A stretch of 63,848 nucleotides of DNA, filler included, from Chiloscyllium plagiosum (GCF_004010195.1; 4 parts of one record of this genome joined end to end with filler, not necessarily neighbours in it); one strand, 5' to 3'. Positions 49,570-61,115 are shown, numbered from the whole stretch's first letter. Translations and numbers: made by a program. Notes: generated by a model from the sequence alone, not told the origin.

Positions 49570-50843
49570 ACATAATGCATTAGTGTCCGAAGTTATTGAA
49601 TTCAATATTGAAACCTCAACTCTACGAAGTGCCTATGTGAAAAATGATGTGTTGTTCCTTGTGCTCCCATTGTGCTTCATTGGAGCACTGCAGCAAGTCC
49701 AGGACAGAAACGTTAGCAAGAGAGCAAGGTAGTTTAGCGAAATGGCAAGCAACTCAAAGGTCGAGGTCATTCAACTGACAGAACAAAAATGTATTTCAAA
49801 GCAGTTAGCCAGTCTGTGTTTTGTTGCCAGTGTAAAAGAAATTACTTTGTGAGCAGCAAATGCAACAGACAAAATTGTCAGAAGTCAAGTGAAATGCTGC
49901 TTCACCTGAAAGATGTGTTTCGGGGAGGAGCTGAATGGGCAAGTGTTACACATTAAAGAAGTTCTCCCCCCCTTAGACATAATAAACAAGCTGTACTGGA
50001 GAACTACCAATTAAGTGATTGGAATGTGAGAATGGCAGAACAATGGTGTGAATAACAGCTATACTGGAAAGACCAGACAGCCCCAGTGGGGTGCATAGAG
50101 GGGAGAGAGGACATGGTGACAGAGAATGGAACAAGTGAAACTAAAAGAAAGGGAGGGATTTTAGGTACACAGTTTGAAGGTATTGAACTCAATACTAAGT
50201 TCAGAAGGTTTTAAAGTACATAGTCTGAAAATGAGATATTGTTCCTCCAGTTTGCGCTGTGATTCACTGGAGCACTATAGATGCCAATGACAGACAAGTG
50301 GGCATGACAGCAGGACGCTGTGTTAAAATGGCTGGCTATGGGAAAGTCGGGGTCACGTATGTGCACAGACTGGAGGTGTTCTGCAAAACAGTCACCCAGT
50401 TTGAGTTTGGTTTCTCCAGTGTAGAATAGGTCACTTTGGATGCAGCAAATACAATACACAAGGTTGGAGCAGGTACAGGTGAAATGCTGCTTCACCTGGA
50501 AAGACTGTTTAAGCCATTGGATGGAGAGCAGGGAGAATATGAAGGAACAGGTATTGCACCCTTTGTGGTTACATGAGAAGGTGCTGTGGGAAGGTGGGAT
50601 GGTGTTGCTGGTCACCGAATGGATTAGAGTGTCCCAGAGAGAGAATGATCCCTGTGAAATGTGGACAGGGGGAGTGAGGGGGAGATATAATTGGTATGTC
50701 ATTCTGCTGCAATTCTAATGTTCTGATCATTTTATCTGAACTATCAACGTCCTTTCTGCCCCAGCATTCCATCCCACCTCTTCCCCCTGCCCACTATTGC
50801 ATAAGTGCTGCCCCCTCCGCACTTCACTTCAGCTCTGATGAAG
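49570..50843 (-). mobile_element. Old PLE GIY-YIG remnants (two pieces, ~49570-49955 and ~50170-50710) plus an inverted tail piece
   Basis: SFQVKQHFTCTCSNLVYCICC...FYTGETKLKLGDCFAEHL...IASHFN. Confidence 0.8.
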
Positions 50844-50894
50844 TTAAAAATCACACAACACCAGGTTATAGTCCAACAGGTTTAATTGGAAGCA

Positions 50895-50929
50895 CACTAG
50901 CTTTCGGAGTGACGCTCCTTCATCAGGTG
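50895..50929 (-). ncRNA. Minimal hammerhead ribozyme motif (family A), core intact
   Basis: CAC-CUGAUGA-A-GGAG-CGUCA-CUCC-GAAA-GCUA-GUG, with stem I CAC/GUG and a palindromic AGCU stem III. Confidence 0.82.
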
Positions 50930-51213
50930 ATTGTGGAGGGCTCGATCGTAACACAGAATTTATAGCAAAAATTTGCAGTGTGATGTAACTGAAATTATAC
51001 ATTGAAGAATTGATTGTCTGTTAAGCCTTTCATCTGTTAGAATACAGTGATAGTTTCACTTCTTTCATGTGTAAATCACAAAACCCTTTTTTTAAAAGTT
51101 GCATTTTCGGGTTAGCTGTTAACAGACAATCAATTCTTCAATGTATAATTACAGTTACATCACACTGCAGATTTTTGCTATAAATTCTGTGTTACGATCG
51201 AGCCCTCCACAAT

Positions 51214-51249
51214 CACCCTGATGAAGGAGCGTCGCTCCGAAAGCTAGTG
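51214..51249 (+). ncRNA. Minimal hammerhead ribozyme motif (family A), core intact
   Basis: CACC-CUGAUGA-A-GGAGC-GUC-GCUCC-GAAA-GCUA-GUG. Confidence 0.8.
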
Positions 51250-52044
51250 TGCGTCCAATTAAACCTGTTGGACTATAAAGGGTGTGTGTGGGTGTCTGTG
51301 TGCGCGTCTGTGTGTATCTGTGTCTGTGTGTATGTGTGAGTGTGTGTGTGTAGTGCAATGGTGATCACCTGTAATGTGACATGAACCCAAGGTCCCGGTT
51401 GAGGCCCCTCCCTAAGGGTACCGAACTTAGCTATCAGCCTCTGCTCGGCCACTTTCCTCTGCTGCCTGTCCCGAAGTCCACCTTGGAGGATGGTCACCCG
51501 AAGGTCCGAAGCTGAATGTCCTGGACCACTGAAGTGTTCCCCAACTGGGAGGGAACCCTCCTATCTGTTGATTGTTGTGCAGTGCCCATTCATCTGTTGT
51601 CGTAGCCTTTGCTCGGTTTCCCCAATGTACCATGCCTCCATGGTCTGAGTCACATGAGTACCTGCCATGTACAAGGTGGGAGGTGTCCCCACGCGTAATG
51701 GTGGTATCTCTGTCCACACTCTGGCACATCTTGCAGTGCCTACCGTGACAGAGTTATATGGAGTTGTCCTGAGAGCCGGATAGCTTGCTATGAACAATGA
51801 TCTGTTTGAGGTTTGGCGGTTAAAGGTGAGTAGTGGAGGTGTGGGAAAGGTCTTGGTGAAGTGCTCATCCTCATTGATAATGTGTTGCAGGTCACAAAGA
51901 ACATGGCAAACCTCAAACAGATCGTTGCTCGTAGCAAGCTGCCCGGCTCTCAGGACAACTCCATTCAACCCTGTCACGGTAGGTGCTGCAAGACGTGTCA
52001 GAGTGTGAACATAGATACCACCATTACGCATGGGGACACTCTCA

Positions 52045-52165
52045 CAACCCATTCAAGGATAACAACCAGATTCAAGAACAACTTCTTCCCTACTGTTATC
52101 AGACTTTTGAATGGACATCTCAAATGCGAATATTGAACATCTCTCCTGCTTCTCTGCAGTTATAA
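52045..52165 (+). mobile_element. Rex1/Babar-like LINE 3' end
   Basis: TTRFKNNFFPTVIRLLN, a typical Rex1 ORF C-terminus. Confidence 0.65.
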
Positions 52166-52538
52166 GGAAATCCTTATATATTCAAAGGAAATCCTTTGAA
52201 TAGTTATTACATAATTAACTATATATTCCCATATAACGAAAAAAATTCAGTCAAATGTATAATATGTTTTTAACAATAAGCATCCTACTTCAAAGAGTTT
52301 ATAATCACTTGAATCTGTCATCCTAGCTATGATTTTCATGTATTTCACTGTAATAATGGAAACTCGTCAATCAGTCCTGAATATAAATCCAGTGATATAA
52401 ATACTTGGGCTTGTGTTAACAGACACAATGAAAAAGTAAATAGTGTTTTTTTTACATACTAAACATTTTATTTTTAAATATTTATAGGAGGGAAGCTTTA
52501 AATAACTTTATATTTTTGATCGTTCCTTTTAACAGTAC

Positions 52539-52628
52539 CTCTCAAGAGGTCCTCTTGACACTTTAGATGATCCCTTTCAACATTTCCAATCAGCTCCATA
52601 CTTCCAATGAGCGGTCTCTTATAAGGTC
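52539..52628 (-). CDS. Candidate internal coding exon of an unidentified host gene (90 nt, phase 1-1)
   Basis: Acceptor TTCTCTTCATAGCCCACATTTTCAG, open frame xPYKRPLIGSMELIGNVERDHLKCQEDLLR, and a weak donor GAG|GTACTG, in non-repetitive AT-rich DNA. Confidence 0.35.
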
Positions 52629-52909
52629 CTGAAAATGTGGGCTATGAAGAGAAATCTAGAAGAATTACATCAATAGTTCAGTAAAACCTCTCAATGTCAG
52701 GATAAAGCATTTCCATCAGCGTTCTGGATGGTGAGACAAGACTTTCACTAGAGAGCAGAAAGAGGTCTATCATGGGGATTATGGTTTATTATCCCCCTCA
52801 TGTAACTGTAAGTATTACCCCATTAATATAGAGTTTCCTATTGTACCAAGGGATACATACAAACTAGATGCCAAGCATTTCGGAAATGCACACCAGACTG
52901 GGTACCCGG

Positions 52910-53800
52910 CAACAAAAACAGAAATTGCTGGAAAAACTAAACAGGTCTGGGAACATATGTGGAGAGAAATCAGAATTAACGTTTTGGGTCTAGTGACCCT
53001 TCTTCAGAACTAATGTTAGGTAGGAAAATTCTGGTAGTTATGCAGAAGATAGGCTGGGGGTGGGGATATGGAGAGAATAAATGAGAGGTGGAGATAGAGT
53101 CCAAAGAGAGAGAAAAACAGTGACAAACAAAGGAGTAGCTAAAACTCAGTCTGGGGGAACAATTAGTAGTAGACAATGGGTTGTGTGCAGTAGCAGTCCA
53201 TGTGATGATATGGCCTGATGTGTGTGTGGCTTGGGGTAAGGACATGGATAAAATGCATCAAGCCTGAAAATTCTTGAAGTCGATGTTATGTCCAGAAGTC
53301 TGCAGAGTGCTCAAGCAAAAAATGAGTTTGTGTTGAGTTTCACTGGAACACTGTAGCAAGCCTGAGACAGAGATGTTGATCAGGGAACATGGTCATGTAT
53401 TGAAGGGGCAGGCAATTGGAACTTCAAGGTCTTTTTTGCAAACAGAATGTAGGTGTTCAGTGAAGTAGTCACCCAGTCTATGCATTGTTTCCCCAATGCA
53501 GGGGAGATCACATTGTGAGCAGCGAATAAAGTAGGCTGGATTGAGTGAAGTGCAGGTAAAGTGCTGCTTCACTTGGAAGGTGAGTTTGGGGCCTTAGATG
53601 TGAGGAGGAGAAAGTAAATGTCCACTTTCTGCAATTGAAGGGAAAGGCGCCATTGGGTTGTGAGGATGTATTGGAACTGAAGGAAAAGTGGACTAGGAGA
53701 CCCCCAAAAGAATAGTCCCTGCGGAAAGCTGACAAGGGAGGAGAGAGGAATATGTGTATGATGGTGGCATCCGCTAGAGGAGGAAGAAATGGTGGCTAAT
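52910..53800 (-). mobile_element. Old PLE (family C) 3' part with a decayed HHR
   Basis: LSAFRRDYS and FQVKQHFTC...YIGET-like motifs. The terminal repeat has CTGAAGAAGGGTCACTAGACCCAAAACGTT on the minus strand at ~52978-53008. Confidence 0.78.
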
Positions 53801-53869
53801 GATTCTATGGATGTAGATTCTATGAAGCAAAAAGGAAGGATAACTTAGGTAGAGGTGGTGGAAATCATG

Positions 53870-55935
53870 AGGATAAGAAAATTAGCATTAAAGTGCTTTA
53901 CCTGAATGCTTGAAGCATTCGAAACAAAGTAGATGAATTAATGGCATAAATCATTGTGAATGGTTATGATGTGGTAGGCATCACAGAGACGTGGTTGCAG
54001 GGGATTCAGGAATGGCAGTTAAACATCCAAGGTTTTACAACAAATCAAAAAGACAGGGAGGTGGGCAGGGGGGCAGGGTTGCCCTGTTAGTTAATAATGA
54101 AAGTAAATCTATGGCATTAAATGATATAGGGTCTAATGTGAAGTCTGTGAGTGTGGAGTTGAGGAACCACAAAGACAAAAAAACCATAATGGGCGTTACG
54201 TACAGACCTCCCAGCAGTGGTTAGGACCAGGGGCACAAGTGTACCAGGAAATAGATAGAGCATGTCAGAAAGGTAAGGCGGACTTCAAGATGCAAATGGA
54301 CTGGGTGAATAATGTTGCTGGTGGATCCAAAGAAAGTGAATTCATGGAATGCATACAGGATGGCTTTTTGGAACAGGCGGCACGGTGGCACAGTGGTTAG
54401 CACTGCTGCCTCACAGCGCCAGAGACCCGGGTTCAATTCCCGCCTCAGGCGACTGACTGTGTGGAGTTTGCACATTCTCCCCGTGTCTGCGTGGGTTTCC
54501 TCCGGGTGCTCCGGTTTCCTCCCACAGTCCAAAGATGTGCAGGCCAGGTGAATTGGCCATGCTAAATTGCCCGTAGTGTTAGGTAAGGGGCAAATGTAGG
54601 GGAATGGGTGGGTTGCGCTTCGGCGGGTCGGTGTGGACTTGTTGGGCCGAAGGGCCTGTTTCCACACTGTAATGTAATCTAATCTAAAATCTAATCTAAC
54701 ATCTTGTGATAGACCCCACATGGGAGCAGACTATTCTGGACTTAGTGCTGTGTAATGAGCCCAGACTTTATAAAAGATCTTAAAGTCAGGGAATGCTTAG
54801 GAGGCAGCAATCATAATGTGGTAGAGTTCAGTCTACAGTTCGAAAGAGAGAAGGCAAAATTGGATGTAATGCTGTTACAATTAAATAAAGGTAATTACAG
54901 AGGCATGAGAGGAGAACTGACGAAAATCGATTGGAAGCAGAGTCTACTGGGGAAGACAGTAAAACAACAATGGCAGGAGTTTCTGGGTGTAATTGAGGAC
55001 ACAGTACAGAGGTTCATCCCAAAGAAAAGAAAGATTATCGGGGGTGGGTGGGTGGGATGAAACCATGGCTGATGAAGGAACTCAGGAAATGTGTCACAGA
55101 AAAAGAGAGAATACTGGGAAATCAGAAGATTGGAAAGACTACAATAACAAACAGAGGATAACAAAGAGGGAAATAAGGAAGGAGAGGATCAAATATGAAA
55201 GTAAGCTAGCCAGTGATATTAGAAATGATAGTAAAAGTTTCTTTCAGTACGTAAGAAACAAACAAGAGGCAAAAGTAGAGATTGGGGCCACTCCAAATTG
55301 AAGCAGGAAGGCAAGTGATGGGAGATAAGGAAATAGCTGAAGAACTTAATAAATACATTGTGTCAGTCTTCACAGAGGAAGACATGAGTAATATCCAAAA
55401 AATTAAGGAGAGTCAAGGGGCAGAGTTGAGTATGGTGGCCATTCCAAAGGAGAAAGTACTTGATAAGCTAAAAGGTCTAAAAACTGATAAACCTCCTGGC
55501 CCAGATGGGCTACATCCTCGAGGTCTGAGGGAGGTGGCAGAAGAAATAACGGAGGCGTTGGTTGTAATCTCTCAAAAATCACTGGAGTCAGGGAAAGTAC
55601 TAGATGATTGGAAAATCACTGTTGTAACCCCCTTGTACAAGAAAAGATCAAGACAAAAAATGGAAAATTGTAGGCGGATTAGCCTAAACTCAGTTGTAGG
55701 TCAACCTGCAAATCAACCTTTAGAGAATGCTGTACTAACCTCATTAAGGATGAGATTTCTAAATTCTGGAAGTGCAGGGTCGAATTAGAACAAGTCAGCA
55801 TGGATTTAGTAAGAGAAGGTCGTTCATGACAAACCTGTTAGAATTCTTTTAAGAGGTGACAAGTAGGTTAGACCTGGGAAACCCAGTGGATGTTATCCAC
55901 CCAGACTTCCAAAAGGCCTTTGATAAAGTGCCTCA
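53870..55935 (+). mobile_element. CR1 (another subfamily) ORF2 APE to RT N-terminus
   Basis: VGITETWL, GVTYRPPSS, LGGSNHN, KPPGPDGLHPR and DFQKAFDKVPH motifs. Confidence 0.9.
54377..54700 (+). mobile_element. Young, full-length HE1-like V-SINE
   Basis: Intact A box TGGCACAGTGG and B box GGTTCAATTCC, V-domain, (TCTAA)n tail, CpGs retained. Confidence 0.95.
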
Positions 55936-56362
55936 TGACCTCCTCTAATTTTGAGGCTATGGCCATGGGTCCTAGTCTCCCTGCCTAACAGAAACAACTT
56001 CCCAGCATCCACCCTTTCTAAGCATGCATTATCTTATAAGTTTCTATTAGATCTCCCCTCAACCTGTTAAACTCTAATGAATACAATCCCAGGATCCTCA
56101 GCTGATCATCATATGTTAGGCCTACCATCCCAGGGATCATCTGTGTGAATCTCTGCTGCAGTGCCAGTAGGTCCTTCCTGAGATGTGGAGCCCAAAATTG
56201 GACACAGTATTCTAAAGTCTCAGAAGCACACCACTGCTTTTATATTCCAACCCTCTTGAGATAAGTGACAACATTACATTTGCTTTCTTAATCATGGACT
56301 CAACCTGCAAATCAACCTTTAGAGAATGCCGTACTAGCAGTCCCAGATCCCTTTGTACTTTG
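55936..56362 (-). mobile_element. Inverted CR1 3' ORF2 segment
   Basis: Reverse complement of EYCVQFWAPHLRKDLLAL...LGLYSLEFNRLRGDLIETYK. Confidence 0.8.
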
Positions 56363-56386
56363 GTAGGTTTGTAGTATATATTGGTG

Positions 56387-56582
56387 AAAGTGAGGACTGC
56401 AGATGCTGGAGAGTCAGGGCAGAAGTGTGTGGTGCTGGAACAAGAACAGTAGGTCAGGCAACATCGGAGGAGCAGCAGAGTCCTTCATCAGGAATGTCCT
56501 CATACGTGAAACATTGACTTTCCTGCTCTTCGGATGCTGCCTGACCTACTCTGCTTGTTCCAGCACCACGTTCTTCAAGTAA
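56387..56582. mobile_element. Diverged PLE family B inverted pair inserted in an old PLE RT
   Basis: 9-bp TSD ATATTGGTG (56378-56386, 56583-56591). Confidence 0.75.
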
Positions 56583-56855
56583 ATATTGGTGCGCAGCCTA
56601 TCCGCAGAATTGGAAACAGAAATTTTGAGGATTGGAAGGGAAGGATCATAGATAGACCAAGTGATGGTGACAGTGGGGTGGAAATTGGAAGTAATCAACA
56701 AGAGGTGGAAGCAGCACTGATGATGACATCAAAATACCAGAGAAAGAGTTGTGCCTTGGACCCCGATTAGCACTGGAACAAGGAATATTCCACATACCTC
56801 ACAAAGTGACAGGCATAACTGGGGCCCATGCATGTACAAATGGACACACCTTTGA
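56583..56855 (-). mobile_element. Old PLE RT core remnant
   Basis: KGVS..T.MGPSYAC.FV.YVE...LWYFD.I...NFHPT.TITWS...TNIY|YKPT. Confidence 0.72.
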
Positions 56856-58012
56856 CCATCAGCAACTCACATTGAAAGGACACTTTGCACTCAGGAACAG
56901 ACACGAGATCATAAAGTTTACCAGTCTGCATCTCAAGATTGTTTGCCTGCTTTCTTAGTGTTTGCTTACTTAGTACCCATCCGAATACTCACATCATCAC
57001 TGTCATATCATAGCAATTAATGAATTGGACCTCAGCCAGAGCCTAAAGGCTAACAGTACTGCTAAATTGACTGGCTCTTTAGCACAGACACAGAGCCAGG
57101 AAGCTTGTTAGTCCAAAGGGTGGGCATCATGTTTTATGGCACAATTCTACATCAATCTCACACCTTCATCATGTTCCAACTTTTCTGCACCAAACATACT
57201 GCATGTGCTGTAACCAAATGGCCAATATTGAAAGGCTGTGAGAAGTAGTCCTCAGGCGAGTCAAGGGGGTCAACTCTCGGTCAGGGGTCCTGGTTCAGTC
57301 AGTCAAGCGTAACATCCGCATCAAATCCAGGGATGGGTGCAATAAATTATCCAATTGGTGCAGTCATAGTTGCAAGTTCTAACACAATATGTTAGAGGAC
57401 TGGGCCATGGTTGGTCATATCAGTCTAGTACAAACAGACAGAGGGTACACAGATCACCAGTTAAGAACCTGGAGGAGAGTGGCCAAGAGTCTAGTCAGTC
57501 ATTATCCAGAGCTGTGTGGTGAAATTTGTTGGGGAAAGCTGTGGAGACCAATCAGGCCAGGGGGTCATCTATTGAATGTCAGGGTGGGGTGGAGTGGATT
57601 AAATGCCAGGTGTGGTGGCATCAGTGTCAGTGTGAAAGGCAAACATGTGGGCTCCACTTCTGCACAATGGGAGGCCAGTGAATGGACAATTACATCAATC
57701 ATGCACTTGCAGTGGCAGCTTCATATCATTTGCACTCACATCATTGTACATGTAAAATACAAGCAGCGAGCAAGTAGGGTGCAGATGCTGTTACAAATAA
57801 TACTCACAATGCCACTGGTGCTTGTAAATTGCACACAATCATCTCCATGAAATGGAAGTAATTGCAGCCAATATTTCAAGAGGTATCTGCATGCCATAAT
57901 GAACACAGTTCTTCTGTGAAATTAAGGTTTGGAGTAGGTCCCAAATCCCTCTCCAGCTCAAGGATTATTGGAAGGATTATCCAACACACTCATATACAAT
58001 GACAACTTTCAC

Positions 58013-58658
58013 AAGTTAAAAGTCGCACAATGCCAGGTTATAGTCCAACAGGTTTATTTGGAAGCACTAGCTTTTGGAGCACTGCTCCTTCATCAGGAGG
58101 TTGTGGAGTATAAGATCCTAGGACACAGAGTTTATAACAAACATTTACAGTGTGATGCAGCTGAAATGATGTATTGAAAAAGACCTGGATTGTTTGTTAA
58201 GTCTCTCATCTTTTAGAATAGGCATGTTGGTTTCAGTTCTTTCATATGTAAATCCCAGAACTTTCTTAAAGTTATATTCTCATGTGAACTTTAACAATAG
58301 GAGCCATGTTGGCCCAGATAATGCATTGAAGGTGTGAGATGCCCTGTGTGAGGCTGTCTGTGTCCCAACGTTCAGACTGATTCTAATCTAAAAAAGGAAA
58401 TTTACAGAATCTTACATGGATTCATGCAGTTTTTGAGCAAAATAAAATGTAATTCTACGAGTACAAATTCACCCCACAAACTTATACGTGTGTGTAAGGG
58501 GTATGAGTGTCTGTGAGAGAGTGTGTATATATGTATGCATATGAGTGTGAGTGTAAAGGGGTATAAATCTGTGAGAGAGTGTGTGTGTGAGTGTTGGAGT
58601 GTACGTGTGAGCGTATGAGAGAGAGAGCTTGTGTATGAGAGAGGGTCTGCGTGAGTCC
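58013..58658 (-). mobile_element. PLE family A 3' pLTR with a decayed HHR and a TG-rich tract
   Basis: Colinear with 12461-13070. Confidence 0.85.
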
Positions 58659-58659
58659 A

Positions 58660-59375
58660 TGAACAAAGAGACCTTGGAGCGCAGGTTCATAGCTCCTTGA
58701 AAGTCGAGTCGCAGGTAGACAGGATAATGAAGAAGGTATTTGGTATGCTTTCGTTTATTGATCAGAGTATTGAGTATAGGAGTTGGCAGTTCATGTTGCT
58801 GCTGAACAGGACATTGGCTCGGCCACTTTAGGAATATTGCGTGCAATTCTGGTCTCCTTCTTATTGGAATGATGTTGTGAAACTTGAAAGTGTTCAGAAA
58901 AGATTTACCAGGGTGTTGCCAGGGTTGGAGGATTTGAGCTGTAGGAAGAGGTTGAATAGTCTGGGGCTGTTTTCCTTGGAGTGTCGGAGGCTGAGGTGGT
59001 GACCTCATAGAGGTTTATAAAATCATGAGGGGCATGGATAGGATAAATCGACAAAGTATTTTCCCTGGGGTGGGGGAGTCCAAAACTAGAGGGCATAGGT
59101 TTAGGGTGAGAGAGAAAAGATATAAAAAAGACCTAAGGGGCAACTTCTTCATGCAGAGGGTGTTACGTGTATGGAATGAGCTGCCAGAGGAAGTGGTGGA
59201 GGTTAGTACAATTGCAACATTTAAAAGGCATCTGAATGGGTGAGTGAATAAGAAAGGTTTGGAGGGACATTGGCTGGGTGCTGTCCAGTGGGACTAGATT
59301 AGGTTGGGATATTTGGTTGGAATGGACATGTTGGATCGAAAGGTCTGTTTCCATGCTGTATATCTCTATGACTCT
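58660..59375 (+). mobile_element. CR1/HER1 3' fragment
   Basis: EYCVQFWSP and GNFFMQRVLRVWNELPEEV motifs, with the tail CTCTATGACTCTA. Confidence 0.92.
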
Positions 59376-59665
59376 ATTTGATCTCCCAAAATGTGGCACC
59401 TCACATTTGCCCAGATTAAACTCCATCTGTTGTTTCTCCGCCCATATCTGCAATTGATCTGTATCCCACTGTATCCTTTGATAATCTTCTATACCATACA
59501 CAACTCCACTGATCTCTGTATCTTCTGCAAACTTACTAACTTATCCATCTGTGGCTCCGCAAAAAGGCCGCCTTGCTGATCTTTGAGGGGCCCCATTCTC
59601 TCCCTAGTTAACCTTTTGTCCTTAATACATTTGTAAAAACCCTTTGGATTCTCCTTAATTCTATT
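59376..59665 (-). mobile_element. Fused CR1 ORF2 fragments
   Basis: RIKENPKGFYKCIKDKR joined to SKFAEDTEI...QMEFNLGKCEV. Confidence 0.8.
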
Positions 59666-59682
59666 CCTTCTCCCATACACCA

Positions 59683-60200
59683 GCCGCTCAGCCATGCAAG
59701 CTGGTGTATGGGAGAAGGATTCACATTTTTGGATCATTAGAATCTCTTTTGGGGTAGAAGTGACCTGTACAAGAAGGACGGATTGCACCTAAATTGGAAG
59801 GGGACTAATATACTGGCAGGCAAATTTGCTAGAACTGCTTGGGAGGATTTAAACTAGTAAGGTGGGGGGGTGGGACCCAAGGAGATAGTGAGGAAAGAGA
59901 TTGATCTGAGACGGGTACAGCAGAGAACAGAAGTGAGTCAAACAGTCAGGGCAGGCAGGGACAAGGTAGGACTAATAATTTAAACTGCATTTATTTCAAT
60001 GCAAGGGGCCTAACAGGGAAGGCAGATGAACTCAGGGCATGGATAGGAACATGGGACATAGCAATTACGGAAACATGACTAAGGGATGGGCAGGACTGGC
60101 AGCTTAATGTTCCAGGATACAAATGCTACAGGAAGGATAGAAAGGGAGGCAAGAGAGGAGGGGGAGTGGCATTTTTGATAAGGGATAGCATTACAGCTGT
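59683..60200 (+). mobile_element. CR1 ORF1 end and ORF2 start
   Basis: KKDGLHLNWKGTNILAG and LNCIYFNARGL...IAITET. Confidence 0.9.
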
Positions 60201-60300
60201 NNNNNNNNNNNNNNNNNNNNNNNNNNNNNNNNNNNNNNNNNNNNTTAATTAATTAANNNNNNNNNNNNNNNNNNNNNNNNNNNNNNNNNNNNNNNNNNNN
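60201..60300. other. Artificial 100-bp contig spacer
   Basis: 44 N + TTAATTAATTAA + 44 N. Confidence 0.92.
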
Positions 60301-61115
60301 AAATGCTTTGGGATTTTCCTTAATTCTGCTTGCTAAAGCTATTTCATGACCCCTTTTAGCCCGCTTGATTCCTTGTTTAAGACTTGTCCTACTCTTCCGA
60401 TATTCCTCCAGGGCCCGTTCTGTTCTTAGCTGCCTAGACCTTATGTACACTTCCCTTTTCCTCTTTACTAGTCGTACAATTTCTCCTGTCATCCACGGTT
60501 CACAAATTTTGCCCTTCCTATCCTTTGCCTTCAACAGAACATGCCTATCCTGCACTTCCGTTAACCTATCTTTGAAATCCTGCACTGCTGCCTCACAGCG
60601 CCTGAGACCCGGGTTCAATTCCCGCCTCAGGCGACTGACTGTAGTCGTACAATTTCTCCTGTCATCCACGGTTCACGAATTTTGCCCTTCCTATCCTTTG
60701 CCTTCAACGGAACATGCCTATCCTGCAATACCGTTAACCTATCTTTGAAAGCCTCTCACATCTCAAATGTGGACTTCCCTTCAATTTCGCTTCGGCGGGT
60801 CGGTGTGGACTTGTTGGGCCGAAGGGCCTGTTTCCACACTGTAATGTAATCTAATCTAATCTCAAATGTGGACTTCCCTTCAAATCGCTGTGTCCAATCC
60901 ACATTTCCCAGCTCTTGCCTAATTTTGATATAATTGGCTTTGGCCCAGTTTAGTACTCTTCCCTGAGGACCACTCTCTTCTTTATCTACGAGTATTCTAA
61001 AACTTACAGAATTGTGATCACTGTTCCCAAAGAAATCCCCCACTGCAACTTCTACCACTTGTCCTGGCTCATTCCCCAGTACACAGGTTCAATATGGCCC
61101 TTCCCTCGTCGGACT
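60301..61115 (-). mobile_element. CR1 ORF2 APE/linker fragment containing two HE1 SINE pieces
   Basis: FGNSDHNSVSF, EPWMTGEI and RIKENPKAF motifs. A SINE head piece lies at 60582-60641 and a tail piece at 60786-60858 (both +). Confidence 0.88.

Larger units (their letters stand above)
50844..52025. mobile_element. PLE family A, multiply inverted (pLTR-, pLTR+, GIY-YIG-, short +)
   Basis: The pLTR matches 12461-12740. WYIGETEQRLRQQMNGH and ILQGGLRDRQQRKVAEQRLIAKFGT lie on the minus strand, and 51900-52025 is an inverted copy of ~51680-51820. Confidence 0.9.

Noticed and set aside
54377..54450. tRNA gene or pol III gene
   Set aside because: The A and B boxes belong to the tRNA-derived head of an HE1 SINE and continue into the V-domain and LINE tail; the same applies to the other copies.
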